Below are positions 55,824-64,000 of a stretch of DNA of 64,000 nucleotides, piece by piece. The DNA is taken from positions 11,862 through 75,861 of the forward strand of contig JASMLP010000135.1 in assembly GCA_030748635.1 (NCBI GenBank). The letters run 5' to 3'. Source of the DNA: Planctomycetota bacterium (GTDB lineage Bacteria > Planctomycetota > JACQVV01 > JASMLP01). Numbering within the stretch: the stretch's first letter is position 1; each line of letters begins with the position of its first letter. The position numbers and the translations under genes are program-made. Below the pieces are notes generated by a model. That model worked only from the letters and a program-made list of their open reading frames with translations, was not told the origin of the DNA and searched no databases.

Positions 55824-57196
55824 CAGCGCACTTTCAGGGATTGAATGAGATCGTATTTGGTGATAATCCCGTTAGTATTCCCCTCCCTCGAGACCAGAAC
55901 AGCTGAATTCCCGCTAGTCAGGAGGTGACTGATCTCCTCGACACTCGTTTCGGAAGAAACGATCGGCAGAGGTTCACCCATCACGGATCCGACTGAAACC
56001 TCTTCGGCTTCTTGTCCAGAAATCAGAAGATCGATGAGCGTATCTTCCTGAATTCGCCCCACGATAGCTTCATTCTCCATCACCGGGATTTGACTCACCT
56101 CGAATTCCTTCATCGTTGCCAACGCCTCCTGGCAATTCGCGTCCGCCGGAATAGAAATCAGAGACTCTGACTCGGCATGGGCTTTGGATGCGAGAATTTC
56201 CTCCGCCCGCAAAGACGACCGGGGCCCGAGGAATTCATTGTCACGCATCCATTCATCATTGAAAACCTTGGAGAGATAACGCTCCCCAGTATCCGGGAGT
56301 AATACGACCAAAACACATTCGTCATCCCGAGACGCCGCGTAAGTCAAGGCCGCGGCCATGGCCGCTCCCCCCGAACCGCCAGTAAAAATCGCTTCCCGTC
56401 GAGCGAGAGCGCGAGCAGTCATGAAACAATCTTTGTCAGGAACGGGGATCACCTCATCGATCACTGAGAAATCGATGGTTTCCGGAATAATGTCCTCACC
56501 GATCCCCTCCACCTTATACGTATGAGCTTCACCCAGTTTGCCTGTACGAAAATAGTCGGTGTACAGCGAACCGATCGGGTCAGCACCTACAATCTTCACC
56601 GCAGGGTTTTGTTCTTTGAGGTAACGACCGATACCGCTGATCGTCCCCCCTGTCCCCAACCCACCCACAACAACATCTACTTTTCCTTCGGTATCCTCCC
56701 AGATCTCGGGCCCTGTGGTCTCGTAGTGAGTCTGTGGATTATCGAGATTGACGTATTGGTTGGGGTAATACGAATTGGGAATCTCCTCGGAAAGACGCTG
56801 AGCGACGGAATAGTAACTCTGCGGATTATCCGGTTCGACTGCGGTGGGACATACGATCACCTCGGCCCCAAACGCCTTGAGAAGATCGATCTTCTCCTGA
56901 CTCATCTTGTCAGGCATCGTAAAAATAGCGCGGTACCCTCGTATGGCAGCGACCATCGCCAAACCGAGCCCCGTATTCCCACTAGTACCTTCGATAATCG
57001 TTCCGCCTGGACTGAGATCTCCACGCTTCTCGGCCTCATCAATCATTTTCACCGCAATGCGGTCCTTGATGCTCCCGCCGGGATTGAAAGATTCGATTTT
57101 GGCGTATATCCGAGGCTTCAGCCCAGAATTCATCGAGGAAAGACAGACCAGTGGTGTCTTTCCTATCAACTCAAGTACATTGTTATATACACGCAT
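55823..57196 (-). CDS. Cystathionine beta-synthase (CysK-fold PLP domain + C-terminal CBS pair)
   Basis: IGKTPLV...KIESFNPGGSIKDRIA, a G-rich loop (GTSGNTGLGLA) and C-terminal CBS domains. It overlaps the downstream lyase gene by 1 nt. Confidence 0.85.
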   Translation of the reverse strand: MRVYNNVLELIGKTPLVCLSSMNSGLKPRIYAKIESFNPGGSIKDRIAVKMIDEAEKRGDLSPGGTIIEGTSGNTGLGLAMVAAIRGYRAIFTMPDKMSQEKIDLLKAFGAEVIVCPTAVEPDNPQSYYSVAQRLSEEIPNSYYPNQYVNLDNPQTHYETTGPEIWEDTEGKVDVVVGGLGTGGTISGIGRYLKEQNPAVKIVGADPIGSLYTDYFRTGKLGEAHTYKVEGIGEDIIPETIDFSVIDEVIPVPDKDCFMTARALARREAIFTGGSGGAAMAAALTYAASRDDECVLVVLLPDTGERYLSKVFNDEWMRDNEFLGPRSSLRAEEILASKAHAESESLISIPADANCQEALATMKEFEVSQIPVMENEAIVGRIQEDTLIDLLISGQEAEEVSVGSVMGEPLPIVSSETSVEEISHLLTSGNSAVLVSREGNTNGIITKYDLIQSLKVR

Positions 57197-57206
57197 AATT
57201 TTTGAT

Positions 57207-59681
57207 TCACTTTCCAGTCAGCCAGTCTCTCCATCGATCCAACGCTTGACCCCTCGCCTCCGGAGAAGCCGCGGGATCAAAACCGTAGGTTTGACCACTC
57301 AGTACGCGAAGAACGAGAACCGCCGAATGACATCGCTTGAGATCTGTACTTTTCAGGAGTTCAATTAAATATTTTCGATCTCGATCAAGATCGAGACGAG
57401 ACGCTTTTTCTTCAACCGCCAACGACTCATCGAAAACAACGCCCTCTACCCTGGCACGTTCTTCGGCGGTTTTCCGAACCCCTTCCAATTCTTTCAGCCA
57501 TTTGAGAATCTCCGAGAAATCTTCTCGATGATTCTCAAATTCTTCTCGGGCAGAGAGCTCATCCAGACGTTCTCGTAAAATCGACTCGAATTCCGGCTTC
57601 ATCTGATGCTTGAGCCAGAGTGACTGTGCATCCCAGAACAACCCCCCATCGGGCCCGGTACCCTGAATCACTTTAGCGAGTAGCGGGAGAGCCTCCTCTA
57701 CTCGCGAAAGCCCTAAAAGAGAACGGGCGAGATCGTATTGATCTTCTGGAGTCACTCCCTCGGAACCAGCCAACCTGGAAGCGAGGACAAAAGCTTCTTG
57801 ATACTGCTTGGCACTCAAACGGACCGACAGTAAATCTCGTTCGATCACAAGTCGTTCCGGTCCTTCCTGCAGCAGAGGAATCAACCGAAGGTAGAGTTCC
57901 ACACACCGGGAAGGATTGACCTTACGAGCCAAATCAGCGGACTCCTTCAATAACGCCGGTTTGTCTTTACAGATCGTACCCAGCCCTTTCCAGGCGGCGT
58001 CGGCCACCGCGGGATCTCCATCACCGAGCGCGCGCGCCAGATCGGGAACGGCTTGTCGATCGCCAATCTTCTCCATCGATTCAGCAGCGCTTCGGCGCAC
58101 CTGGGCATCGACATCTGCCAGCAAACGTTTTCCAAGCGGTTTCACCGCCTTCGCGTGTCCCAGTTTCCCAAGAGCCACCACTGCCGATTGGCGTACACGC
58201 GCAACCTCATCGTCAAAAAGTCCCAGTAACGCCGAAACCGCCTTCTGATCTCCCAACTCCCCGAGTGCATCCGCGGCATACCAGCGAAGCCCCGCATCCT
58301 CATGAGAGAGAATTCCCAGGAGTGCGGTCGTCGCCTCGGGAGATCGACATTTCCCTAGAGCTTCTGCACACGCCTTGAGCACTTCCAGATCGCTGGTCGT
58401 GTGTAATCCAACCACCAGCGAAGAAACAGAAGAGTCCCCACCTAGAATCCCCAGAGTTCGCGCCGACGAGATCCGCAAACGTGGAATCTGGGTTTCATCC
58501 TTGAGAAGAACTCCCACCGACGAAGCGGCCTTGGAGTCCCCCATAGCCGCAAAAGCCGCAACCATCTCGTCCAGCAATTCCGTGTCCTGGGGAGAAAATG
58601 AGGAAAGCCCATTACGATTCCGTCTGGCAAGCGCTTCAGAGAATCGTTTGAGAAGTTGGGTAAGAGACGCGTCATCTTTCAACCGCCCCAGAGCCATCGC
58701 CACCGCGCCCAGAACCAAGGGGTGATTTTCTTGTCCCAGTCGCTTTCGAAGACGCAGCAATCGCTGTTCGACCAGCTTGGGATCTTCCGGAGACTTGGCT
58801 TTCCCGAGCATCGTCGCCGCTTGCCGACGAACCGCCCACAATGGATGTTCAATGGCAACGATCAATTGCTCAAACGTACTTCCATCCAGAAGCGGCAAGG
58901 TAGACTGCGCCACCTTTTCCATGAAAACCCGATTTTCTTCCTGAAGAGATCGAAGGACCGACTCGAGGATTTCCTCTCGCGATCGAGAACCGTTGACCTT
59001 CCACCACTGTTCCCAGGCTTTCGAATCATTACCGAAAGATTGCAATGTAATCCGTCGCAAAGCATCAACCGTCTCGGATTTGAAGTCGCCTCCTTCCGCG
59101 CTCAATATCCTGATCAAAGCGGGTACCGCTTCAATTTTTCGCAAAAACCCCAATGCCCGGATCGAGCGAATACGAAGTGACTTTTGTCGCCCGTCTCCTT
59201 CCACCAGCATGAGAAGACTGCGAGTAACCAGTCCGTTCAATTTGGCCAACTCACGAAGCGACTCATGAGCTGCCGCCCGGATGGTCTCCACAGGATCATC
59301 GAGTCGAGCCAAAACACCCTCGAGAAACCGAATATCCCGAGCCACTTTCAGCACGGAAACCACCACATCTTTTCGTTCGACTTCTTGAGCTAAAACCCGC
59401 AAGAGTTCTTCGACTCCCCGATTCCCTTTCAACTTGGAAAGGGTATGTGCGCCGATCGCTTGCTCGCGAACATCCTTGGAATACAACTTCTTACGAAGTT
59501 CGACAAAAGAATCGAGTTGTTCAGAATCTTCCTGAGCGTGAAGAGGGCATCCCTCTCCGCCCCAGAGAGCCAGAAAAGCGACCAGCCAGCAAATCTTCCA
59601 TCCTCGGAAGAACTGTATCTCAACCACTCTTGTCATGACACCGACAGACCGGCTCCGGAAAAACCCGAACGCATACGCCAA
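57207..59681 (-). CDS. Secreted/membrane-anchored HEAT (PBS-lyase-type) repeat protein
   Basis: 824 aa with an N-terminal hydrophobic segment. Many repeats follow, e.g. AVSALLGLFDDEVARVRQSAVVALGKLGHAKAVKPL and DAQVRRSAAESMEKIGDRQAVPDLARAL. The true start may be the internal Met at about 59636. Confidence 0.7.
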   Translation of the reverse strand: MAYAFGFFRSRSVGVMTRVVEIQFFRGWKICWLVAFLALWGGEGCPLHAQEDSEQLDSFVELRKKLYSKDVREQAIGAHTLSKLKGNRGVEELLRVLAQEVERKDVVVSVLKVARDIRFLEGVLARLDDPVETIRAAAHESLRELAKLNGLVTRSLLMLVEGDGRQKSLRIRSIRALGFLRKIEAVPALIRILSAEGGDFKSETVDALRRITLQSFGNDSKAWEQWWKVNGSRSREEILESVLRSLQEENRVFMEKVAQSTLPLLDGSTFEQLIVAIEHPLWAVRRQAATMLGKAKSPEDPKLVEQRLLRLRKRLGQENHPLVLGAVAMALGRLKDDASLTQLLKRFSEALARRNRNGLSSFSPQDTELLDEMVAAFAAMGDSKAASSVGVLLKDETQIPRLRISSARTLGILGGDSSVSSLVVGLHTTSDLEVLKACAEALGKCRSPEATTALLGILSHEDAGLRWYAADALGELGDQKAVSALLGLFDDEVARVRQSAVVALGKLGHAKAVKPLGKRLLADVDAQVRRSAAESMEKIGDRQAVPDLARALGDGDPAVADAAWKGLGTICKDKPALLKESADLARKVNPSRCVELYLRLIPLLQEGPERLVIERDLLSVRLSAKQYQEAFVLASRLAGSEGVTPEDQYDLARSLLGLSRVEEALPLLAKVIQGTGPDGGLFWDAQSLWLKHQMKPEFESILRERLDELSAREEFENHREDFSEILKWLKELEGVRKTAEERARVEGVVFDESLAVEEKASRLDLDRDRKYLIELLKSTDLKRCHSAVLVLRVLSGQTYGFDPAASPEARGQALDRWRDWLTGK

Positions 59682-59814
59682 ACCTTTAAGAATTAAGGAC
59701 TTGTGCTCCCAGATCAGAAGCCCGAATTGTAGGGAAGTCCGAGGGTAGCGTCAACGGGTCGAAAATCGGTTTCGTATCCTCCCAGGTGCTAAAGTCTCCA
59801 GGAAGGCTTTCCGT

Positions 59815-60177
59815 TCACTTCGAATCGTTCACGGATCCGCTGTAGGTCGGAACAAAAGCCATTCTTGGGGACTGCAGGTCGTGCCCCAGATGAAAACCGA
59901 TCAGAATCGCTGAACTGATCAAAAATGCGATGAGAGCCGCTCGTACGACCCGAAATACGGTCGTACCGAACACCGGACGAGGCGGCCCACCCCACTCGGA
60001 CTCCAAATCGACTTCAGGTGGAAAAGGGATCTCGCGAACAGAGCAAGCTATTTTCTCCATGTCCCGTATCCAGCAACGACATTCCTCGCAGGAGTGGACG
60101 TGATCGATGACCTGAAGCGGGTCGTTTCCAACCCAAGAAACCAGCGTATCCCGAATGACCTCACATCCTTCGCTCAT
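59815..60177 (-). CDS. Putative zinc-finger anti-sigma factor (single-pass membrane)
   Basis: I place the start at MSEGCEV, where the ATG overlaps the sigma-factor stop as ATGA. It carries an HxxxCxxC motif (HVHSCEECRC) and a single TM helix (VVRAALIAFLISSAILIGF). Confidence 0.6.
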   Translation of the reverse strand: MSEGCEVIRDTLVSWVGNDPLQVIDHVHSCEECRCWIRDMEKIACSVREIPFPPEVDLESEWGGPPRPVFGTTVFRVVRAALIAFLISSAILIGFHLGHDLQSPRMAFVPTYSGSVNDSK

Positions 60178-60728
60178 GAATCCTCCTCGCAAAGAATTTT
60201 GCGTAATTTTTCAAGCCCGTACCGCATCCTCGACTTGGCGGTATCCTTACTGGTACCGGTTACCTTTCCTATTTCACGAAACGTCAGCCCTTGGTACAGA
60301 CGCAAAACCACCACCTCCCGCTGCTCATCAGAAATCTGAGTCAAGGCTTTCTCGACCCCCGCGATCTCATCGCGCCTTAGTGCAACATTCGGTGGCGACA
60401 GATCGAGCGGAGCCGTTTCTGGCTGGGGTTCGATTTGATTCGCAATCCCCTGAAACCGTTTCTTGCGTCGCCAATAATCGCGACACACATTGCGCGCAAT
60501 CGTAAAAAACCAGGTGCTGAAATGTGCGCGCCTCCAGTCGAATCGACCGATTCCCCGATAAACACGCAGCAAGACTTCCTGGCCCAGATCCTGAACTTCC
60601 GGACGATTCCCCACCGTTCGGACCAGGTACCCGATCAAAGGAGCGTGAACCCCTTCGGCCAGACGCGTGAATGCACAGGGGTCTCCAGCTACCGCACGCT
60701 GAATTATCTGGTGATCATCAAAAACCAT
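60174..60728 (-). CDS. ECF-subfamily RNA polymerase sigma-70 factor
   Basis: Region 2 (LLRVYRGIGRFD...STWFFTIARNVCRDYWRR) and region 4 (VVVLRLYQGLTFREIGKVTGTSKDTAKSRMRYGLEKLR). Confidence 0.85.
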   Translation of the reverse strand: MVFDDHQIIQRAVAGDPCAFTRLAEGVHAPLIGYLVRTVGNRPEVQDLGQEVLLRVYRGIGRFDWRRAHFSTWFFTIARNVCRDYWRRKKRFQGIANQIEPQPETAPLDLSPPNVALRRDEIAGVEKALTQISDEQREVVVLRLYQGLTFREIGKVTGTSKDTAKSRMRYGLEKLRKILCEEDS

Positions 60729-60784
60729 AGAGGACTGTAGACCTGCACCGCATAGATAAGAACTCGCATCAGAAAATCAAAATC

Positions 60785-60812
60785 CGCACGAGAAGAAGAA
60801 AAGAGCCGTTCC
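60785..60812 (-). promoter_or_regulatory. Possible autoregulated ECF-type promoter upstream of the sigma factor gene
   Basis: The minus strand reads GGAAC, a 17 nt spacer, then CGTG, about 55 nt upstream of the sigma ATG. A 10-bp palindrome ACCTGCAGGT lies nearby. Confidence 0.25.
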
Positions 60813-60910
60813 AAATCGAACTCTTCCATCTCTTATTATACGTAGCCGCAGGCCAAAAGGGTCTACAAAGCCCTCAACAACCTGCAGGTCAATAACTTAT
60901 CTTCTGCCAC

Positions 60911-62623
60911 CTACTTGATCTGAGAGAACAGACCGTCAAGCACCTGAATCATGGTGGCACCTTGCTGCCGCCCGTAGAGAGTCCCCATGGCCTCGTATCC
61001 ACCTTCGTCATATTCCAGCGTATCGGTCACATAGGCCACATGGCCCCCACATAAACCCCAGACCATCGAACGAGCATACCCGTGTGCCGCAGCTCTCTTC
61101 TTGACCTCATTCCCGATCGCGGTGATCGGTTCTCCTGGAATACAGCCGATCAGTACATTATCGATGCGAAGCGCACGCATGGGAAAAGAGAGAGGCACCA
61201 GAGCACTCACATCGGTTTGGGTCTGAAATGGTGCCCCAAACACGGCTCCATAAAGTTGGCAGAGATCGATATTCCAGAGCTTGGCCTCCTGTCGGAATTT
61301 CGGTTGCTGACAGGACAGGAAAAGGGTCGCCTTGGAGAAATTCACCTTACCGTACGCAGGACGCAGATCCACCTGTTGACGGGTTGCTGTCTGAGCACGA
61401 ATCCCGAGCGCGGTATTTCCCAGGGTTTCACCGATCCACTTGGCACCTGCGTATCCTTTTCGAGTGGGACTCACATCCCCCTCGGCCGCATTCAGGTAAA
61501 AACCGACGGCGCCGGGAAGTTTCGCTTCGATGTGACGCTCTAAATACCCGGGGAAATCGGCGGTAATTGCCATGGTCCCCAGGCAAACAGGGTGGAGAGA
61601 ATAGTTGACCACCACAGCTATTGGCTGGCCCGTACGAGCCGAATCCACACGAATCACACCGACACTCGTATCGTGACGCCCGGGATGACCTCGTCGATTT
61701 CGCTGAAGACCCAACTGTCGCCCAAAACCGATCCCGAGCCGCGCATCTTGCATACTTTTATTGGCCTGCTTAATCGCCCGAATAGCCCCCTGAGTGACGA
61801 GGTCGTAGATCTGTTGCTGGAAAAGATCCATCGTGATCATCTGCCAGAGAAAGTTCTTCGAAAGAGTGCCAGGTCCGGAATGACTGTGAGTCGCACAAAC
61901 GAACAGATTCGACTCCGGTATTCCCGTCTCCCCAAGAACACCCCGGGCGATGTCGTGAACCAACGATTCATCCACGGCAACGAGATCGAGCTTAACGATC
62001 GCAATACGATCCTGCCCATCATCCAGAACCAACGCCTTGGCAATCAAGGAATCGTGCACACTCGTCGAAGGTGCCATGAATTGATGGAGATTCCGAGGAT
62101 TGAAATCGGGTGGCCAGAGACGGCGGATTCCCCCACCAAAACCGGCCAGCGGCGTTCCCACCGGCGGTGTCACATCCGAAGTTCCGACTCCCGCTCGCAA
62201 TCGAGTAGCCCCAAGAGTTCGAAAGCGAGACTCGAATGGGGTCTTCATCGGATGGCCGTTCGGATTCCGAACTCCAGACCGCACGTGTACTTTGTATAAC
62301 GCGGAAGGTAACAGCGGGTGGGTAGAAGTAAAAATCGCTCGCGTAGATCCAGAAACGACTTGCCAGGTGCCGGAAACAACACCCACTGGCCCCTCGACCT
62401 CTACATGTGGAGAACGAGCGGTAGAGGAATCGATCGCCTGATCAAAATCGACCTGGACGGTAGTCCCGAGAGTGGAAACAGCCTGAGAACCGTCAGCCGG
62501 AACCACCCGCACCACAGATGGACCGTACTGAGAGTTTGGACCGACCCGCGGACACTGGGCCGCCGAGACCAGAAGTCCGATGCAAATAAATCCGAAGATT
62601 CGGGCAAGATTCGAAGTCATCAT
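60911..62623 (-). CDS. Neutral/alkaline ceramidase-family hydrolase with N-terminal Ig-like (SbsA-type) domain
   Basis: A signal peptide (MMTSNLARIFGFICIGLLVSAAQC) precedes a Big-like segment (VVRVVPADGSQAVSTLGTTVQVDFDQAI). The core reads GVGTSDVTPPVGTPLAGFG...RIAIVKLDLV...FVCATHSHSGPG, resembling the neutral ceramidase N-terminal catalytic domain. Confidence 0.6.
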   Translation of the reverse strand: MMTSNLARIFGFICIGLLVSAAQCPRVGPNSQYGPSVVRVVPADGSQAVSTLGTTVQVDFDQAIDSSTARSPHVEVEGPVGVVSGTWQVVSGSTRAIFTSTHPLLPSALYKVHVRSGVRNPNGHPMKTPFESRFRTLGATRLRAGVGTSDVTPPVGTPLAGFGGGIRRLWPPDFNPRNLHQFMAPSTSVHDSLIAKALVLDDGQDRIAIVKLDLVAVDESLVHDIARGVLGETGIPESNLFVCATHSHSGPGTLSKNFLWQMITMDLFQQQIYDLVTQGAIRAIKQANKSMQDARLGIGFGRQLGLQRNRRGHPGRHDTSVGVIRVDSARTGQPIAVVVNYSLHPVCLGTMAITADFPGYLERHIEAKLPGAVGFYLNAAEGDVSPTRKGYAGAKWIGETLGNTALGIRAQTATRQQVDLRPAYGKVNFSKATLFLSCQQPKFRQEAKLWNIDLCQLYGAVFGAPFQTQTDVSALVPLSFPMRALRIDNVLIGCIPGEPITAIGNEVKKRAAAHGYARSMVWGLCGGHVAYVTDTLEYDEGGYEAMGTLYGRQQGATMIQVLDGLFSQIK

Positions 62624-62905
62624 TCCCCCTGAAACCAAAAGCTGACGCACCGTTTACGTACCGAAAAGAGTGATCGGAGGATCTTTTGTGGCGACCTCGA
62701 CAACAGGCAGATCCCGAGCACCCTGATTTCTCACAAAGGATTAAGCAATTTTCATGCCAATAACTACCTTCCCCCAAGACCATATGTTTCAGTAACATGA
62801 GGCCCGATTGACTCTCTTCACGGGATGCCCCCCGGTAACGTCGTTACGTTTCGTAACCGCAAAGACCGCACTTGATGCTGCGAAACCACGATCTGGAGCG
62901 CCTCG

Positions 62906-64000
62906 ATGCGTGACTCGACAAACCTCACCCCTCCTGAAATCTCGGACCTGATCGCCGCAGGAAAAGTGGAGTCTCTCGTCGAGACCCTCTCCCACTTCCA
63001 CCCGGCTGATCTTGCAGACTTCATGGAGCACCTCGGGGAAGAGGATGCGGCAAACCTCTTTCACGCACTCCCCGAAGACCGTCGAGTTGAAACTTTTGAA
63101 CTTCTGGAAGAAGACCGACAGCTGAACCTCATCGAACATGTCGGATTGACATTCATGGCTCCCGTCATCGACCGGATGAGTCCGGATGACCGAGCCGATC
63201 TGGTCAAAAATCTTCCGCCAAGAACAACCGAACGACTTCTCCCCCTGCTAGCTCAGGCTGAACGTGCCGATGTGAAACGACTACTCGCTTACCCGGAAGA
63301 AACGGCCGGTGCGATCATGTCAACCGGCTACGCAAACATCGGTCCAGACTTATCGGTCGCCGAATCGCTGGAACTGCTGCGTCGCATTGCTCCTCATCGC
63401 GAAACGATCTACTACGTCTACGTCACCGGACCCGAAAGGGAACTCCTCGGATTCGTCAGTCTGCAAGACCTCATACTCGCCGAGCCGACACAGAGCATAT
63501 CCAGCTTGATGAATACGGATGTCATCTCACTTCCTGCCAGCTCCGATCAGGAAGAAGTCGCCAAACATATGGAGAAATACAACTTCCTGGCCCTGCCGAT
63601 CAACGACGAAAGAGGTCGACTCGTCGGCATTGTCACCCATGACGACATCCTCGATGTGGTGGAAGTCGAAGCGACTGAAGATGCCCACCTCATGGGAGCC
63701 GTTGCGCCCTTGGAAAACCCTTATTTCCGCACAAGCTTTCACAGTCTTGCCTGGAAACGCGGAAGCTGGCTCTCTCTTCTCTTTCTGGCGGAGATGTTCA
63801 CCAGTACCGCACTGCATGAATTCGAAGGAACCCTTTCTGGCGCCCTGTCATTGGTTTTCTTCATCCCTCTCATCATCTCTTCGGGCGGCAATTCAGGCAG
63901 CCAATCAGCCACGCTTATCACACGGGGTTTAGCTGTCGGTGATGTCACCCTACAAGATTGGTGGCGAGTCACCCTTCGTGAGCTGGGCATGGGTATTTTC
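62906..64000 (+). CDS. mgtE: Magnesium transporter MgtE (5' partial; runs off window end)
   Basis: My own translation from the ATG at 62906 gives MRDSTNLTPPEISDLIAAGKVESLVETLSHFHPADLADFMEHL... (the MgtE N-domain). This is followed by a CBS pair (...DVISLPASSDQEEVAKHMEKYNFLALPINDERGRLVGIVTHDDILD) and the first TM helices. No stop codon occurs before position 64000. Confidence 0.85.
   Translation, partial: MRDSTNLTPPEISDLIAAGKVESLVETLSHFHPADLADFMEHLGEEDAANLFHALPEDRRVETFELLEEDRQLNLIEHVGLTFMAPVIDRMSPDDRADLVKNLPPRTTERLLPLLAQAERADVKRLLAYPEETAGAIMSTGYANIGPDLSVAESLELLRRIAPHRETIYYVYVTGPERELLGFVSLQDLILAEPTQSISSLMNTDVISLPASSDQEEVAKHMEKYNFLALPINDERGRLVGIVTHDDILDVVEVEATEDAHLMGAVAPLENPYFRTSFHSLAWKRGSWLSLLFLAEMFTSTALHEFEGTLSGALSLVFFIPLIISSGGNSGSQSATLITRGLAVGDVTLQDWWRVTLRELGMGIF

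Noticed and set aside
1-64000. Mobile elements / genomic island signatures
   Set aside because: No transposase, integrase, recombinase, phage structural gene, tRNA insertion site or flanking direct repeats were seen. The region reads as a stable core chromosome with lineage-specific envelope and signalling genes.

Overview
This 64 kb window is a chromosomal segment from a bacterium at roughly 55-57% GC. Its content suggests the PVC superphylum, probably Planctomycetota: many Hanks-type kinase, TPR, HEAT and WD40 proteins, a PSP1/RicT homolog and an SSB ending in DENLPF. This placement is inferred from gene content only. No rRNA, tRNA, CRISPR array, transposase or integrase was found. Genes are densely packed and many adjacent pairs share 1-4 bp start/stop overlaps (ATGA/TAATG), which indicates translational coupling. 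The housekeeping core includes: infC-rpmI-rplT-cobB, mnmG, ssb, riboflavin synthase, uppS, dnaA followed by holB, the reverse-transsulfuration pair (cystathionine beta-synthase plus gamma-lyase), an ABC-F ATPase, HU and a partial mgtE at the 3' end. Around this core sit several lineage-specific or unusual modules, listed in the order the findings rank them. (1) A PSP1/RicT domain fused to a catalytically degenerate methionyl-tRNA-synthetase-like module, directly after holB. (2) A transmembrane Ser/Thr kinase with an extracytoplasmic TPR-lectin-PA14 sensor, translationally coupled to a STAS-PilZ protein. (3) A WFP-repeat lipoprotein coupled to mlaEFD. (4) A tandem coiled-coil pair whose second member carries an HD-GYP domain. 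(5) A coupled operon of a TPR/HEAT lipoprotein, a TolC-like channel and an unknown membrane protein. (6) An ECF sigma/anti-sigma pair sitting between a neutral-ceramidase-like gene and a HEAT-repeat protein. (7) A bi-domain oxidoreductase followed by a large fusion protein with a GT-B-like C-terminus. (8) Two tandem ArnT/PMT-like glycosyltransferases upstream of uppS. All calls rest on reading the supplied translations and sequence by eye; no searches were run.
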